From IMG/VR virus record IMGVR_UViG_3300045988_112022: a stretch of 64,000 nucleotides of DNA; one strand, written 5' to 3'. Below are positions 39,499 through 49,270 of this stretch, piece by piece. Position 1 is the first letter of the stretch; each line of letters begins with the position of its first letter. The notes beneath the pieces are model-generated. The model worked only from the letters and a program-made list of their open reading frames with translations. It had not been told where the DNA came from and ran no database searches. This DNA comes from a virus. A program made the position numbers and the translations under genes.

Positions 39499-39960
39499 AT
39501 GGGAGATACAGAATTTTTAGCCCATCATGGTGTCCTTAACATGAAATGGGGAGTTCGACGATATCAGAACAAAGACGGAAGTCTCACTAGAGCCGGACAG
39601 AAAAAAGCTAAAAAAATGAAAGATAAGTATACGAAGCTCACCGGAAAACAGCTGAGAAGGAATCCGACTAAAAAATCGTCCACTCAAAAACCGAAGCAAA
39701 AAAGTATCAGCGAAATGTCTGATGAAGAAATTCGTACTAAAATCAACAGAATCAAACTGGAGCAGGAACTTGGGAGTTTGAGTCCTAAGAAAATTTCCCG
39801 CGGTAAAGCTTTTATAGATAAAGTAGCAAAAGACATAATCGCTCCAGCTGCAACAGATGTGGCTAAGCAGGTTGTAAATTCAAAACTTGCCGATGCGGCT
39901 AACCGTATATTCGGCTTAAGCGGAGATCTGAAAGTCCATACCAACAATAAGAAAAAATAG
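39499..39960 (+). CDS. highly basic protein with HHG..MKWGVR N-terminal motif
   Basis: MGDTEFLAHHGVLNMKWGVRRYQ, followed by a Lys-rich region. Confidence 0.7.
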   Translation: MGDTEFLAHHGVLNMKWGVRRYQNKDGSLTRAGQKKAKKMKDKYTKLTGKQLRRNPTKKSSTQKPKQKSISEMSDEEIRTKINRIKLEQELGSLSPKKISRGKAFIDKVAKDIIAPAATDVAKQVVNSKLADAANRIFGLSGDLKVHTNNKKK

Positions 39961-39972
39961 GAGTAACAACAA

Positions 39973-41736
39973 ATGGCATTATCGAACACCGCCGTACCGA
40001 AGTATTATGGCATGTTTCGAGATGCCGTAATCCGGAGAGAAATCTCGGTTTGTGAAACGGTTTCATTGGAAATGAATCGAATCGATCAGCTTATCGATAA
40101 TCAAAGATATTGGTATGATGATCGGGCAGTTGAAGGATTTATCCACTATTGTGAGAATGAGCTCACTCTAACGGACGGTAGCGATTTATATCTCCTCGAC
40201 TCTTTCAAGCTATGGGCTGAACAGATTTTTGGATGGTATTACTTCATTGAGCGCAGTGTTTTTGTTCCGTCAGAAACAGGCAGTGGTGGTCACTACGAAA
40301 TGAGACGGATTAAGAAAAGGTTAACTACCAAGCAGTATTTAATTGTTGCTCGAGGCGCTGCGAAATCAATGTATGCGTCCTGTTTGCAGAATTACGAACT
40401 GAACGTCAACACCGCGACAACTCATCAAGTAACAACTGCTCCGACTATGCCTCAGGCCGAAGAGGTTATGTCGCCAATTCGAACCGCCATCACCAGAGCA
40501 AGAGGGCCGTTGTATAAGTTTCTCACTGAAGGCTCGCTTCAGAACACGACTGGATCTAAGGCGAATCGTGTTAAACTGGCTTCGACTAAGAAAGGAATTC
40601 AGAATTTTTTAACCGGATCACTTTTGGAAGTCAGACCCATGTCCATTGATAAACTGCAGGGATTGCGTGTCAAGATTGCAACTGTTGACGAATGGCTTTC
40701 CGGAGATATACGGGAGGACGTCATCGGAGCATTGGAACAAGGTGCCGCAAAAGAGCAGAGTGGAGGTTCAAATGATGATTACCTTATAGTTGCCATCAGC
40801 TCAGAAGGAACTGTCCGTAATGGATCTGGCGATACAATCAAAATGGAATTGATGAAGATACTCAAAGGTGAGTATAAAGCTCCGCATACTTCCATTTGGT
40901 GGTATAAATTAGACTCCATTGATGAAGTTAACGATCCGGATAAATGGATTAAAGCAAATCCGAATCTCGGAAAGACTGTTACTTATGAAACTTATCAGCT
41001 GGATGTGGAACGAGCTGAGAACAACCCCGCAGTCCGCAATGATATTCTTGCCAAACGTTTTGGTATTCCTATGGAGGGATACACATATTACTTCACATAT
41101 GAAGAAACTCTTCCGCATCGACGAAGAGAGTATTGGCAGATGCCTTGCTCTATGGGTGCGGATTTATCCCAGGGAGATGACTTCTGTTCATTTACATTTT
41201 TATTCCCGTTATCGAATGGTGCTTTCGGTATAAAAACCCGAAATTACATATCCGAGCTCACTCTGAGCAAACTTCCCACAGCAATGCGAATCAAATACAA
41301 CGATTTTATGAAAGAGGGCAGTCTTATTGTTATGCCCGGAAATATTCTCGACATGATGCAGGTGTATGAAGATCTTGACAATTTCATAGCCGAAGCAGAA
41401 TACGACGTTCGTTGTTTGGGATATGACCCGTATAATGCCAGAGACTTCGTGGAGAGGTGGGAACGGGAAAATGGACCGTTTGGAATTGAAAAAGTCATCC
41501 AGGGAGCTAAGACAGAATCAGTCCCGCTTGGTGAGCTGAAGAAACTGTCTGAGGAAAGAATGCTTATTTTTGATGAGGCTCTTATGTCATTTACCATGGG
41601 TAACTGCATCGCAATAGAAGACACAAATGGAAACCGTAAATTGTTGAAACGACGACATGAAGCGAAGATCGATGCTGTCGCGGCTATGATGGATGCTTTT
41701 GTCGCCTTCAAATTAAACAGAGAAGCTTTTGAATAA
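39973..41736 (+). CDS. terL: terminase large subunit
   Basis: 587 aa. Walker A-like VARGAAKSMYAS, Walker B IATVDEW, C-terminal nuclease-like GADLSQGDD and KIDAVAAMMDA. Confidence 0.85.
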   Translation: MALSNTAVPKYYGMFRDAVIRREISVCETVSLEMNRIDQLIDNQRYWYDDRAVEGFIHYCENELTLTDGSDLYLLDSFKLWAEQIFGWYYFIERSVFVPSETGSGGHYEMRRIKKRLTTKQYLIVARGAAKSMYASCLQNYELNVNTATTHQVTTAPTMPQAEEVMSPIRTAITRARGPLYKFLTEGSLQNTTGSKANRVKLASTKKGIQNFLTGSLLEVRPMSIDKLQGLRVKIATVDEWLSGDIREDVIGALEQGAAKEQSGGSNDDYLIVAISSEGTVRNGSGDTIKMELMKILKGEYKAPHTSIWWYKLDSIDEVNDPDKWIKANPNLGKTVTYETYQLDVERAENNPAVRNDILAKRFGIPMEGYTYYFTYEETLPHRRREYWQMPCSMGADLSQGDDFCSFTFLFPLSNGAFGIKTRNYISELTLSKLPTAMRIKYNDFMKEGSLIVMPGNILDMMQVYEDLDNFIAEAEYDVRCLGYDPYNARDFVERWERENGPFGIEKVIQGAKTESVPLGELKKLSEERMLIFDEALMSFTMGNCIAIEDTNGNRKLLKRRHEAKIDAVAAMMDAFVAFKLNREAFE

Positions 41737-41746
41737 GGAGATTGAC

Positions 41747-41995
41747 ATGGAATTGAAAGACACAATCGAACTCATGAACAGTTCTGATTATAAAGAACGA
41801 TTTAAAGCCGAGTATCTTCAGGTGAAGATCCGGTATGACAAATTACATAAGATGCTTGTTAAGTGGGATGCAGGCACTCTTAACTTCACACCGACATGTG
41901 CCAAAGCACTTTTGCTGGAGCAGAAACGGTATATGGGAGAATATATCCGTTGTTTGCAGGTAAGAGCTGAAGTAGAAGGCATTGAACTTGAGTAA
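41747..41995 (+). CDS. hypothetical protein
   Basis: Track ORF 41729-41995. AAGGAG RBS precedes the ATG at 41747. Confidence 0.6.
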   Translation: MELKDTIELMNSSDYKERFKAEYLQVKIRYDKLHKMLVKWDAGTLNFTPTCAKALLLEQKRYMGEYIRCLQVRAEVEGIELE

Positions 41996-42113
41996 TATGG
42001 AGGCGAAATATGAACAACGATGAATTAATGCAGTTGCTACGGCTGGTGCTATCGGTAGAAATTATCTTATAGACCATGCAATAGATTCGTTTTCTTAATT
42101 ACAAGGAGATTTT

Positions 42114-43364
42114 ATGTCATTAAATTTAAGCACTAGGCTTGCTCATGCCTGGAACGCATTCACCAGTCGTGACCCAACCCAGTATATAATCACTGGTCCG
42201 GGATATTCCTCACGTCCTGATAGACCACGGCTTAGTAGAGGAAATGAGAAATCAATAGCAACGTCCATATTTAACAGGATTGCTCTTGATGTATCATCCG
42301 TTAATATCAAACATTGTCGATTGGATAAGAACGGACGCTATGTAGAAGATATTGATTCCGGTTTGAATAATTGCCTTAATTTAGAGGCAAACAAAGATCA
42401 GACAGGCCGGGCTTTCATTCAGGATGTAGTATTATCGATGCTCGATGAGGGTTGCGTAGCATTGGTTCCAGTCGAAACCACCATCGACCCGAAAAGTTCG
42501 AATTCGTACCAGATTGATTCCATGCGAACCGGAAAGATTACGGAATGGTATCCAGATATGGTAAGGGTTCGTTTGTACAATGACCGAACCGGCGAAAAAG
42601 AAGAGATTTTACTCCCTAAAAACCAGGTGGCCATTATCGAAAATCCGCTATATGCAGTGGTCAACGAATACAACTCAACCATGCAGCGTCTTATAAGAAA
42701 ACTCAGTTTATTGGATGTGACAGATGAACAAACGGCATCCGGAAAACTGGATTTGATTATACAGCTTCCGTATGTAATAAAGACGGAGGCCCGACGTGAG
42801 CAGGTTGAGCGAAGGCGAAAAGATATTATCAATCAGTTGGCTGGTTCTCAGTATGGCATTGCATATACGGATGGAACAGAGAAAATCACCCAGTTGAATC
42901 GTTCATTGGAAAACAATCTGCTCAAACAGGTTGAATACCTTACCAACATGGTTTATAGCCAGCTTGGCATTACCCAGTCAGTGCTCGATGGTACGGCTGA
43001 TGAAAAAACAATGCTGAATTATATGAATCGCACAGTCGAGCCAATAATTTCGGCCATTGTTGATGAATTAAAACGAAAATTTCTCACAAAGACCGCTCGG
43101 TCGCAGTTACAGTCTATTGTCTATTTCAGAGATCCATTCCGACTGGTTCCAGTCAATGATATCGCAGAAATCGCTGATAAGTTTACACGTAACGAAATCA
43201 TGACCTCCAATGAGATCCGTCAGATCGTTGGTATGCAACCATCTAAAGATCCGAAGGCAGATAAGTTAGTCAACAGCAACATCAGTCAAGCTAAGCAGGA
43301 CATGTCTCAGACTTCTAGCGCTACCGAAGCATATGAAGAAGGAGGATACAGTCAAAATGGTTAA
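42114..43364 (+). CDS. portal protein
   Basis: 416 aa, sits directly after terL and before the protease-capsid gene. Confidence 0.75.
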   Translation: MSLNLSTRLAHAWNAFTSRDPTQYIITGPGYSSRPDRPRLSRGNEKSIATSIFNRIALDVSSVNIKHCRLDKNGRYVEDIDSGLNNCLNLEANKDQTGRAFIQDVVLSMLDEGCVALVPVETTIDPKSSNSYQIDSMRTGKITEWYPDMVRVRLYNDRTGEKEEILLPKNQVAIIENPLYAVVNEYNSTMQRLIRKLSLLDVTDEQTASGKLDLIIQLPYVIKTEARREQVERRRKDIINQLAGSQYGIAYTDGTEKITQLNRSLENNLLKQVEYLTNMVYSQLGITQSVLDGTADEKTMLNYMNRTVEPIISAIVDELKRKFLTKTARSQLQSIVYFRDPFRLVPVNDIAEIADKFTRNEIMTSNEIRQIVGMQPSKDPKADKLVNSNISQAKQDMSQTSSATEAYEEGGYSQNG

Positions 43365-45165
43365 ATGCGATTTCAGTGGTTATGCCACTAGGAACGATCT
43401 GCTCTGTGGCGATGGGCGAACGATTCGAAAAGATGCGTTTAAGGAGAACGACGGCTGCGAAGTCCCGCTTATCTGGAATCATGAACACAATGATCCAAAT
43501 GCGGTACTTGGACACGCTGTTCTTGAAAATCGTGAAGATGGTGTATATGCCTACGGAGTGTTCAACGATACCGAACAGGGGCAGACCGCGAAGAAACTTG
43601 TCCAGAATGGCGATGTACGATCACTGTCTATTTGGGCGAATCAGTTAAAACATATCGGTAAAGATGTGATCCACGGAAACATCAGAGAACTCAGTCTCGT
43701 ATTGGCTGGAGCTAATCCTGGTGCCTACGTGGATTTTATTATGGCGCATAGCGCAGACGGCGAAGAAGAGCTTGAAGCATCCTGGGATGAAAACATTATG
43801 CTCTATCATTCCGCTGATGCTGAAAACAACCAGAAAGGAGATTCAAAAGTGGCAGAAGAAAAGAAAAATGAGGGAGTGAAAACTGGAGAAAAAACAATTA
43901 AGGAGATTCTTAACACCCTTAATGACGAGCAGAAAGATGCGGTAGCAGCTGTTGTAGGCATGGCTCTCGAAGAAAACGGAGTAGACGACTCCGATGACGA
44001 TGATGAAGAAGGAGGAAAAGTAGTGAAACATAATGTATTTGACAATGAAGATACAAACCAGGGCACTGTACTGAGTCATTCCGATGAGCAGAGAATCATC
44101 TCTATGGCTAAGCATAGCAATGTCGGAACATTGAAACAGGCGATGAAGATTTTCGCAGAGGAAAACTCTGACACACTTGCTCATGGTGTATTCGACGATG
44201 AAGTGGAAGCTCTGTTCCCAGAATATGAGCTTCTGAAAAAAGGTGAGCCGGATACTCTCGAAAGAGATCAGACATGGATTGATTCTGTAATGTCTAAAAT
44301 CCATAAATCTCCGTACAGCAGAATCCGTACTCGCCAGGCTGATGCTCGTATTGCAGATCTGAAAGCTAAAGGATACCAGAAGAAAGGTAATTACAAAGAG
44401 GACATGGCTAAGATCAAACTTCTCAGCCGTACCACTGATCCTCAGACAGTATACATCAAAGATCAGATGCACCGAGACGATGTGGTAGATATTACAGATT
44501 TCGACGTAGTTGCTTACCAGTGGAAGATGATGAGACATGTTCTGAACGAGGAGCTCGCTATGGCAGCACTTGTCGGTGACGGACGTGAAGATGGTGATCC
44601 GGACAAAATCCATGAGGATCATATTCGTTCCATCTGGCATGACGACGAGCTGTACTGCATCCATCAGGACGTTGACTTCGAAGCAGCCAAAACCAAACTG
44701 CAGGGTACCAACACTGGAGCAAACTTCAGCGAGAACTACATCAAGGCAGAGGCTATGATCGAAGCTGCACTGTATTCCAGAGAAAAATTCAAAGGCACAG
44801 GTACACCGGATCTGTACTGTACACCGCACCTGCTGAACGTAATGCTTCTGGCAAGAGACCTTAACGGTCGTCGTATTTACGATTCCAAAGCAGATCTTGC
44901 TGCAGCGCTCAATGTAGCATCTATCCAGACTGTTGAACAGTTTGAGGGTCTGGAGAGAACATCCAACGGTGGTAAGAAGAAACTGCTTGGTCTGTTTGTA
45001 AACCTGGCAGACTATCAGTTCGGTTCCACCAGAGGTGGTGAAGTTACCAAGTTCGAAGATTTCGACATGGACTTCAACCGCTACAAATACATGCTGGAGA
45101 CAAGACTCTCCGGTGCGCTTACTCAGGTATATTCCGCTATCGCTCTTGAGGAACCGGTAGCCTAA
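43357..45165 (+). CDS. prohead protease (HK97/S78-like) fused via an acidic linker to an HK97-fold major capsid protein
   Basis: GAAGGAGG RBS precedes the ATG at 43357 (track start is 43333). N-terminal part: PLIWNHEHNDPNAVLGHA...ELSLVLAGANPGA. Linker: DDSDDDDEEGG. C-terminal roughly 280 aa look capsid-like. Confidence 0.75.
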   Translation: MVKCDFSGYATRNDLLCGDGRTIRKDAFKENDGCEVPLIWNHEHNDPNAVLGHAVLENREDGVYAYGVFNDTEQGQTAKKLVQNGDVRSLSIWANQLKHIGKDVIHGNIRELSLVLAGANPGAYVDFIMAHSADGEEELEASWDENIMLYHSADAENNQKGDSKVAEEKKNEGVKTGEKTIKEILNTLNDEQKDAVAAVVGMALEENGVDDSDDDDEEGGKVVKHNVFDNEDTNQGTVLSHSDEQRIISMAKHSNVGTLKQAMKIFAEENSDTLAHGVFDDEVEALFPEYELLKKGEPDTLERDQTWIDSVMSKIHKSPYSRIRTRQADARIADLKAKGYQKKGNYKEDMAKIKLLSRTTDPQTVYIKDQMHRDDVVDITDFDVVAYQWKMMRHVLNEELAMAALVGDGREDGDPDKIHEDHIRSIWHDDELYCIHQDVDFEAAKTKLQGTNTGANFSENYIKAEAMIEAALYSREKFKGTGTPDLYCTPHLLNVMLLARDLNGRRIYDSKADLAAALNVASIQTVEQFEGLERTSNGGKKKLLGLFVNLADYQFGSTRGGEVTKFEDFDMDFNRYKYMLETRLSGALTQVYSAIALEEPVA

Positions 45166-45186
45166 ATCGCATAAGGAGGATAAGCC

Positions 45187-45477
45187 ATGATCGAAAAAAT
45201 TCGTCCAGTCGCTGACGACGTGAATGTCGCAGTGAGAAAAGTTTACGGAAAAGCAAACGATGCATATGCATATTATGATTCTGCTTGTAAGAACAAAGTG
45301 ACTTGCGCTGAGCTGCAGGATGCGTATATCAAAGGACTTATGATCGATGTTGCCGGTACATTATATAAACCGGTCAGCTGTGCTGTTGCCGGAAATGTGG
45401 CGACTGTCACATATGTGACGACAGATTCTGCTACAGCCACAACAGCCAAACTTGCGACAGTTAAGTCTGACAAATGA
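45187..45477 (+). CDS. hypothetical head-associated protein
   Basis: Track ORF with TAAGGAGG RBS. Confidence 0.6.
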   Translation: MIEKIRPVADDVNVAVRKVYGKANDAYAYYDSACKNKVTCAELQDAYIKGLMIDVAGTLYKPVSCAVAGNVATVTYVTTDSATATTAKLATVKSDK

Positions 45478-45494
45478 TCAAGGAGTGAATCGAT

Positions 45495-45833
45495 ATGAGT
45501 AAATGGTTCGGCAAGATAGGATTCACTCTTCCGGTAAGGGAAATTGAGCCTGGGGTATGGGATAACCCTGTTGAAGAGCATGAGTATTATGGCGACATGA
45601 CGAGCAATCGCTGGAAACGTCAGAGCTCAGGTGAGATCAATGATAATCTCAACCTTGCGAATGTTCTGAGCATCTTGGCCGACCCATTTGCTTTCGGGAA
45701 TCATTCTTGTATAGCATATGTTGATATCCTGGGGACGAAATGGAAAGTAACTGATGTTGAACTCCAATATCCCAGGATGATCTTATCTATAGGAGGTATT
45801 TGGAATGGGAACTCGCCTGGAGCTACAGAATAA
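45495..45833 (+). CDS. putative head closure / head-tail joining protein
   Basis: Called from position and size only. Confidence 0.5.
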   Translation: MSKWFGKIGFTLPVREIEPGVWDNPVEEHEYYGDMTSNRWKRQSSGEINDNLNLANVLSILADPFAFGNHSCIAYVDILGTKWKVTDVELQYPRMILSIGGIWNGNSPGATE

Positions 45834-46110
45834 GTTGGAAGAACTGCTTGGTTCCAGGCATGTTTATTTCCAACCACCTGAATCAGTCAAAATGGAATAC
45901 CCAGCGATTAAGTATTCTATGACAAGTATAAAAAAAGACAAAGCTGATAACACAGCTTACTTACTTACCAAAAAATACAGCGTGGTAGTGATCGATAAGA
46001 AACCTGATAATCAAGTTATCTCTAAATTGTTGATGATTCCATATTGTGCTTATGATACGTCATATAAATCCGAGAATCTCTACCACGATGTATTAACACT
46101 ATATTTCTAA
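45805..46110 (+). CDS. putative tail completion / head-tail joining protein
   Basis: Called from position and size only. Confidence 0.5.
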   Translation: MGTRLELQNKLEELLGSRHVYFQPPESVKMEYPAIKYSMTSIKKDKADNTAYLLTKKYSVVVIDKKPDNQVISKLLMIPYCAYDTSYKSENLYHDVLTLYF

Positions 46111-46123
46111 GGAGGAAAAAGAA

Positions 46124-46783
46124 ATGTTCAAACTTGTATGGGACGAAGTCGGTAAAAGACTTTACGAAACCGGTGTCAGCAAGGGCGTTTTATATCCGCA
46201 GTCTAATGGCACATATCCGAAAGGTGTTGCCTGGAGCGGACTTACAGCAGTAAATGAGGCTCCGGAAGGCGCTGAGGCAAACCCTATGTATGCTGACAAC
46301 ATTAAGTATCTCAATATTCTGTCCGCAGAAGAGTTTAAAGCCACTATCGAAGCGTATACATATCCCGATGAATTTAAACCGTGCATTGGCGCAGAGGAGC
46401 TTGTCGAAGGAGTATCTCTTGGTCAGCAGGATCACGTTCCGTTTGGTTTCTCTTATCAGACAATCATCGGCAATGATACTGAAAACAATTCTCATGGTTA
46501 TAAGATTCATGTTGTATACGGTTGCTTAGCTGCGCCATCTGCAGCTGACTATCAGTCGGTTAATGATAGTCCGGAAGCAGCGACTATGTCTTGGGAAATT
46601 TCCACAACACCTGTATCAGTAGCTGGGTTTAAGCCTACAGCAACTCTGGTGTTCGATTCCACCAAACTTAGCGAAAAGAAGATGGCTGCCATTGAGAAAG
46701 TTCTGTATGGTGACGCAGACACTGAAGCACGTCTTCCGTTACCGGATGAAGTAAAAACTATCATTACTGCAGTAACAGAGTAA
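46124..46783 (+). CDS. major tail (tube) protein
   Basis: 219 aa. GKRLYETGVSKGVLYP...GVAWSGLTAVNEAPEGAE..YADN. Followed by a strong terminator and then the chaperone genes. Confidence 0.7.
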   Translation: MFKLVWDEVGKRLYETGVSKGVLYPQSNGTYPKGVAWSGLTAVNEAPEGAEANPMYADNIKYLNILSAEEFKATIEAYTYPDEFKPCIGAEELVEGVSLGQQDHVPFGFSYQTIIGNDTENNSHGYKIHVVYGCLAAPSAADYQSVNDSPEAATMSWEISTTPVSVAGFKPTATLVFDSTKLSEKKMAAIEKVLYGDADTEARLPLPDEVKTIITAVTE

Positions 46784-46797
46784 AATGGAATCGTTTT

Positions 46798-46827
46798 AGA
46801 GGCCCAACATACAGGGCCTCTTTTTTT
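46798..46827 (+). terminator. rho-independent terminator
   Basis: AGAGGCCC-N8-GGGCCTCT followed by TTTTTT. Confidence 0.8.
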
Positions 46828-46847
46828 AATATGAAAGGAGAAAGAAT

Positions 46848-47267
46848 ATGTTTAAGAAAACCATTACATATGAAGACTACAACGGAGTAAAGAGGACCGA
46901 AGACTTTCATTTCCACTTCAGCAAAGCCGAGATCATCGAAATGCAGCTGAGTACAGCCGGTGGCCTGGATGCTACCATCAAAAGAATTGTAGCAGCGAAT
47001 AATGAGCCTGAGATCATCAAGTATTTCAAAGATCTGGTTCTCAAAGCATACGGCGAAAAGAGTGCCGATGGACGAAGATTTATGAAGAGTCCGGAGATCT
47101 CCAGAGCTTTCGCTGAGACTGAGGCATATTCGGTCCTGTTTATGGAATTGGCAACAGATGCAAAAGCCGCCGCAGAGTTTGTTAACGGTTTATTACCGGC
47201 TGATGTCAGAGAGCAGGCCAAAGTCGAGGCTGACAAAATCGTAGCAGGCCAGTTTCCGGAGGCGTAA
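46848..47267 (+). CDS. tail assembly chaperone
   Basis: Position between tube protein and tape measure. Acidic, 139 aa. Confidence 0.6.
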   Translation: MFKKTITYEDYNGVKRTEDFHFHFSKAEIIEMQLSTAGGLDATIKRIVAANNEPEIIKYFKDLVLKAYGEKSADGRRFMKSPEISRAFAETEAYSVLFMELATDAKAAAEFVNGLLPADVREQAKVEADKIVAGQFPEA

Positions 47268-47296
47268 CAAAGAAGAAAACTATGGAGGGATAAGAG

Positions 47297-47854
47297 ATGC
47301 TTGAGATAACCGTTCCGGCACAAGAAGTGTGGGATGATGAAAAAGAAGAATTCGTATTCTCGTCAGCTTTCAAAGAATGGCATTTACAATTAGAACATTC
47401 TCTTGTCTCTCTGTCAAAATGGGAACGTAAATGGCATAAACCATTCTTCAGTAAGAGAGACAAAACGTTACCCGAAATCATAGATTATATCAAATGCATG
47501 ACTATCACTAAGAACGTTCCGTCCGAGGTGTATGATCGCATTTCTAAAAGTCAAACTCTGATTGATCAGATATCAGCTTATATAGACGACCCGATGACAG
47601 CTACCACTTTTCGCAATGATCCATCAAAACGAGGAAGCCGCGAGGGCATAACAGCAGAGTTGATTTATTACTGGATGATTTCACAAGGCATTCCAGTGGA
47701 GTTTGAAAAGTGGCATATAAACAGCTTATTGACTTTAATCAGAGTTTGCAATGTTAAAAATTCACCAGGTAAAAAAATGAGTGCAGCTGATATTACAAGA
47801 CGCAATGAAGCACTGAATAAAGCTCGTCGAGCAAAACATCATTCAAAGGGGTGA
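47297..47854 (+). CDS. second tail-chaperone-like protein (Gp15-like by recollection)
   Basis: LEHSLVSLSKWERKWHKPF. Separate ORF; I found no slippery site linking it to 46848. Confidence 0.5.
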   Translation: MLEITVPAQEVWDDEKEEFVFSSAFKEWHLQLEHSLVSLSKWERKWHKPFFSKRDKTLPEIIDYIKCMTITKNVPSEVYDRISKSQTLIDQISAYIDDPMTATTFRNDPSKRGSREGITAELIYYWMISQGIPVEFEKWHINSLLTLIRVCNVKNSPGKKMSAADITRRNEALNKARRAKHHSKG

Positions 47855-47858
47855 TCGA

Positions 47859-49259
47859 ATGAAAAAAGGAATTGATATTAGTTATCATCAGGGATCGATT
47901 AATTTCGCGCAAGTCAAAAAAGCAGGAATCGATTTCGCCATCTTACGATCAAGCTATCGCAAGACAACTGATACTCGATTTTTCGAATACGCGAAAAAAT
48001 GTAAATCTGCGAAACTTCCTATTAAGGGGGTTTATCATTTCATCTATGCGCTTAGTGAAACACAGGCGTTGGCTGAAGCTCAGTTTTGTATTTCTCAGGT
48101 CAAAAAAGCAGGTCTCGGAAAAGACATCTATATTTTTGCCGACTTCGAGTATGACACTGTCAATAAAGCCAAGAAAGCTGGAGTCACTTTAGGGAAGGCA
48201 GAATGCAATAAGTTCACCGAGATTTTCTGTAGCTATGTGAAATCTCAGGGATACAAAACAGGTATTTACACCAACATTGATTACTATAAGAACTGGTATT
48301 CGAAGAGCTTACTCTCAAAGTATCCGGTTTGGCTTGCAGATTATGAGGGTGGCCCAGATTTCGCTTGCATTATCCAGCAGTTTACAAGCTCCGGTCGAGT
48401 AGCCGGAATTAGCGGGAATGTCGACATGGATCACTGGTATGGTGAGTCTACAGGCTCTGCCAAAGTTCGCTCCCGACAGGCAGTAGTAGATCTCATTTGT
48501 TCTTGGGAAGGCCTAAACGAAGCCGATGGTTCTTATAAGAAAATCGTGGATATTTACAATTCATATACCGGTTCATTTCCGCGCGGTGTAAAGATGCAGT
48601 ATGGATGGGCTTGGTGTGCTTGTACGTGGTCAGCGACAGCGATTAAGCTCGGCTATACAGACATCATGCCGATTGAAATCGGATGCGAAGAGCTCATTAA
48701 CCGGGCAAAGAAAATGGGTTGTTGGGTAGAAGCAGACGGCTATGTAGCCAATATCGGCGACGCCGTTTTATATGACTGGAATGATAACGGAGTTGGCGAC
48801 TGTACCGGTTATGCCGATCATATCGGAATCATCATCGAGGTGAATAAATCTCAGGGTTATTTCATCGTAATGGAGGGCAACTACAAGGATTCAGTCCGTA
48901 GACGCAAACTTTCCATCAATGGTCGATATATCCGAGGTTTTGTTACTCCGAAATACACAGACAATACTATAACGTACGTCCCGCCGACAAAGACGGACAC
49001 GTCAGTGAAATCTGAAAGGAGCGGTTACATGTTTAATCCAGAAGTTGTAAAGAACGGCAGTAAAGGAACCTCTGTTCTTTTAGCGCAGGAAATCCTCAGA
49101 GCCCGTGGTTTTAAAGGAGAAGATGGAAAAGAGCTTAGTCTTGATAGAGAGGCTGGTTCAAACACCGTTTACGCTATCAAACAGTACCAGAAGTCCAGAG
49201 GACTTACTGCAAATGGTATTTGCGGTACAAATACATGGAAAGATCTTATCGCAATTTAA
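47859..49259 (+). CDS. three-domain cell-wall hydrolase: GH25 muramidase + CHAP/NlpC-like amidase-peptidase + PG_binding_1
   Basis: GH25: KGIDISYHQGSINFAQVKKAGIDFAILRS. CHAP-like: GWAWCACTWSA...DHIGIIIE. PG-binding: GSKGTSVLLAQEILRARGF...YAIKQYQKSRGLTANGICGTNTWKDL. Confidence 0.85.
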   Translation: MKKGIDISYHQGSINFAQVKKAGIDFAILRSSYRKTTDTRFFEYAKKCKSAKLPIKGVYHFIYALSETQALAEAQFCISQVKKAGLGKDIYIFADFEYDTVNKAKKAGVTLGKAECNKFTEIFCSYVKSQGYKTGIYTNIDYYKNWYSKSLLSKYPVWLADYEGGPDFACIIQQFTSSGRVAGISGNVDMDHWYGESTGSAKVRSRQAVVDLICSWEGLNEADGSYKKIVDIYNSYTGSFPRGVKMQYGWAWCACTWSATAIKLGYTDIMPIEIGCEELINRAKKMGCWVEADGYVANIGDAVLYDWNDNGVGDCTGYADHIGIIIEVNKSQGYFIVMEGNYKDSVRRRKLSINGRYIRGFVTPKYTDNTITYVPPTKTDTSVKSERSGYMFNPEVVKNGSKGTSVLLAQEILRARGFKGEDGKELSLDREAGSNTVYAIKQYQKSRGLTANGICGTNTWKDLIAI

Positions 49260-49270
49260 TGAGGTAACAC

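Noticed and set aside
46848-47854. Expected programmed -1 frameshift joining the two tail chaperone ORFs.
   Set aside because: The ORFs are separated by a stop and a 29-nt spacer. The second has its own RBS and ATG. I found no slippery heptamer near the end of the first.
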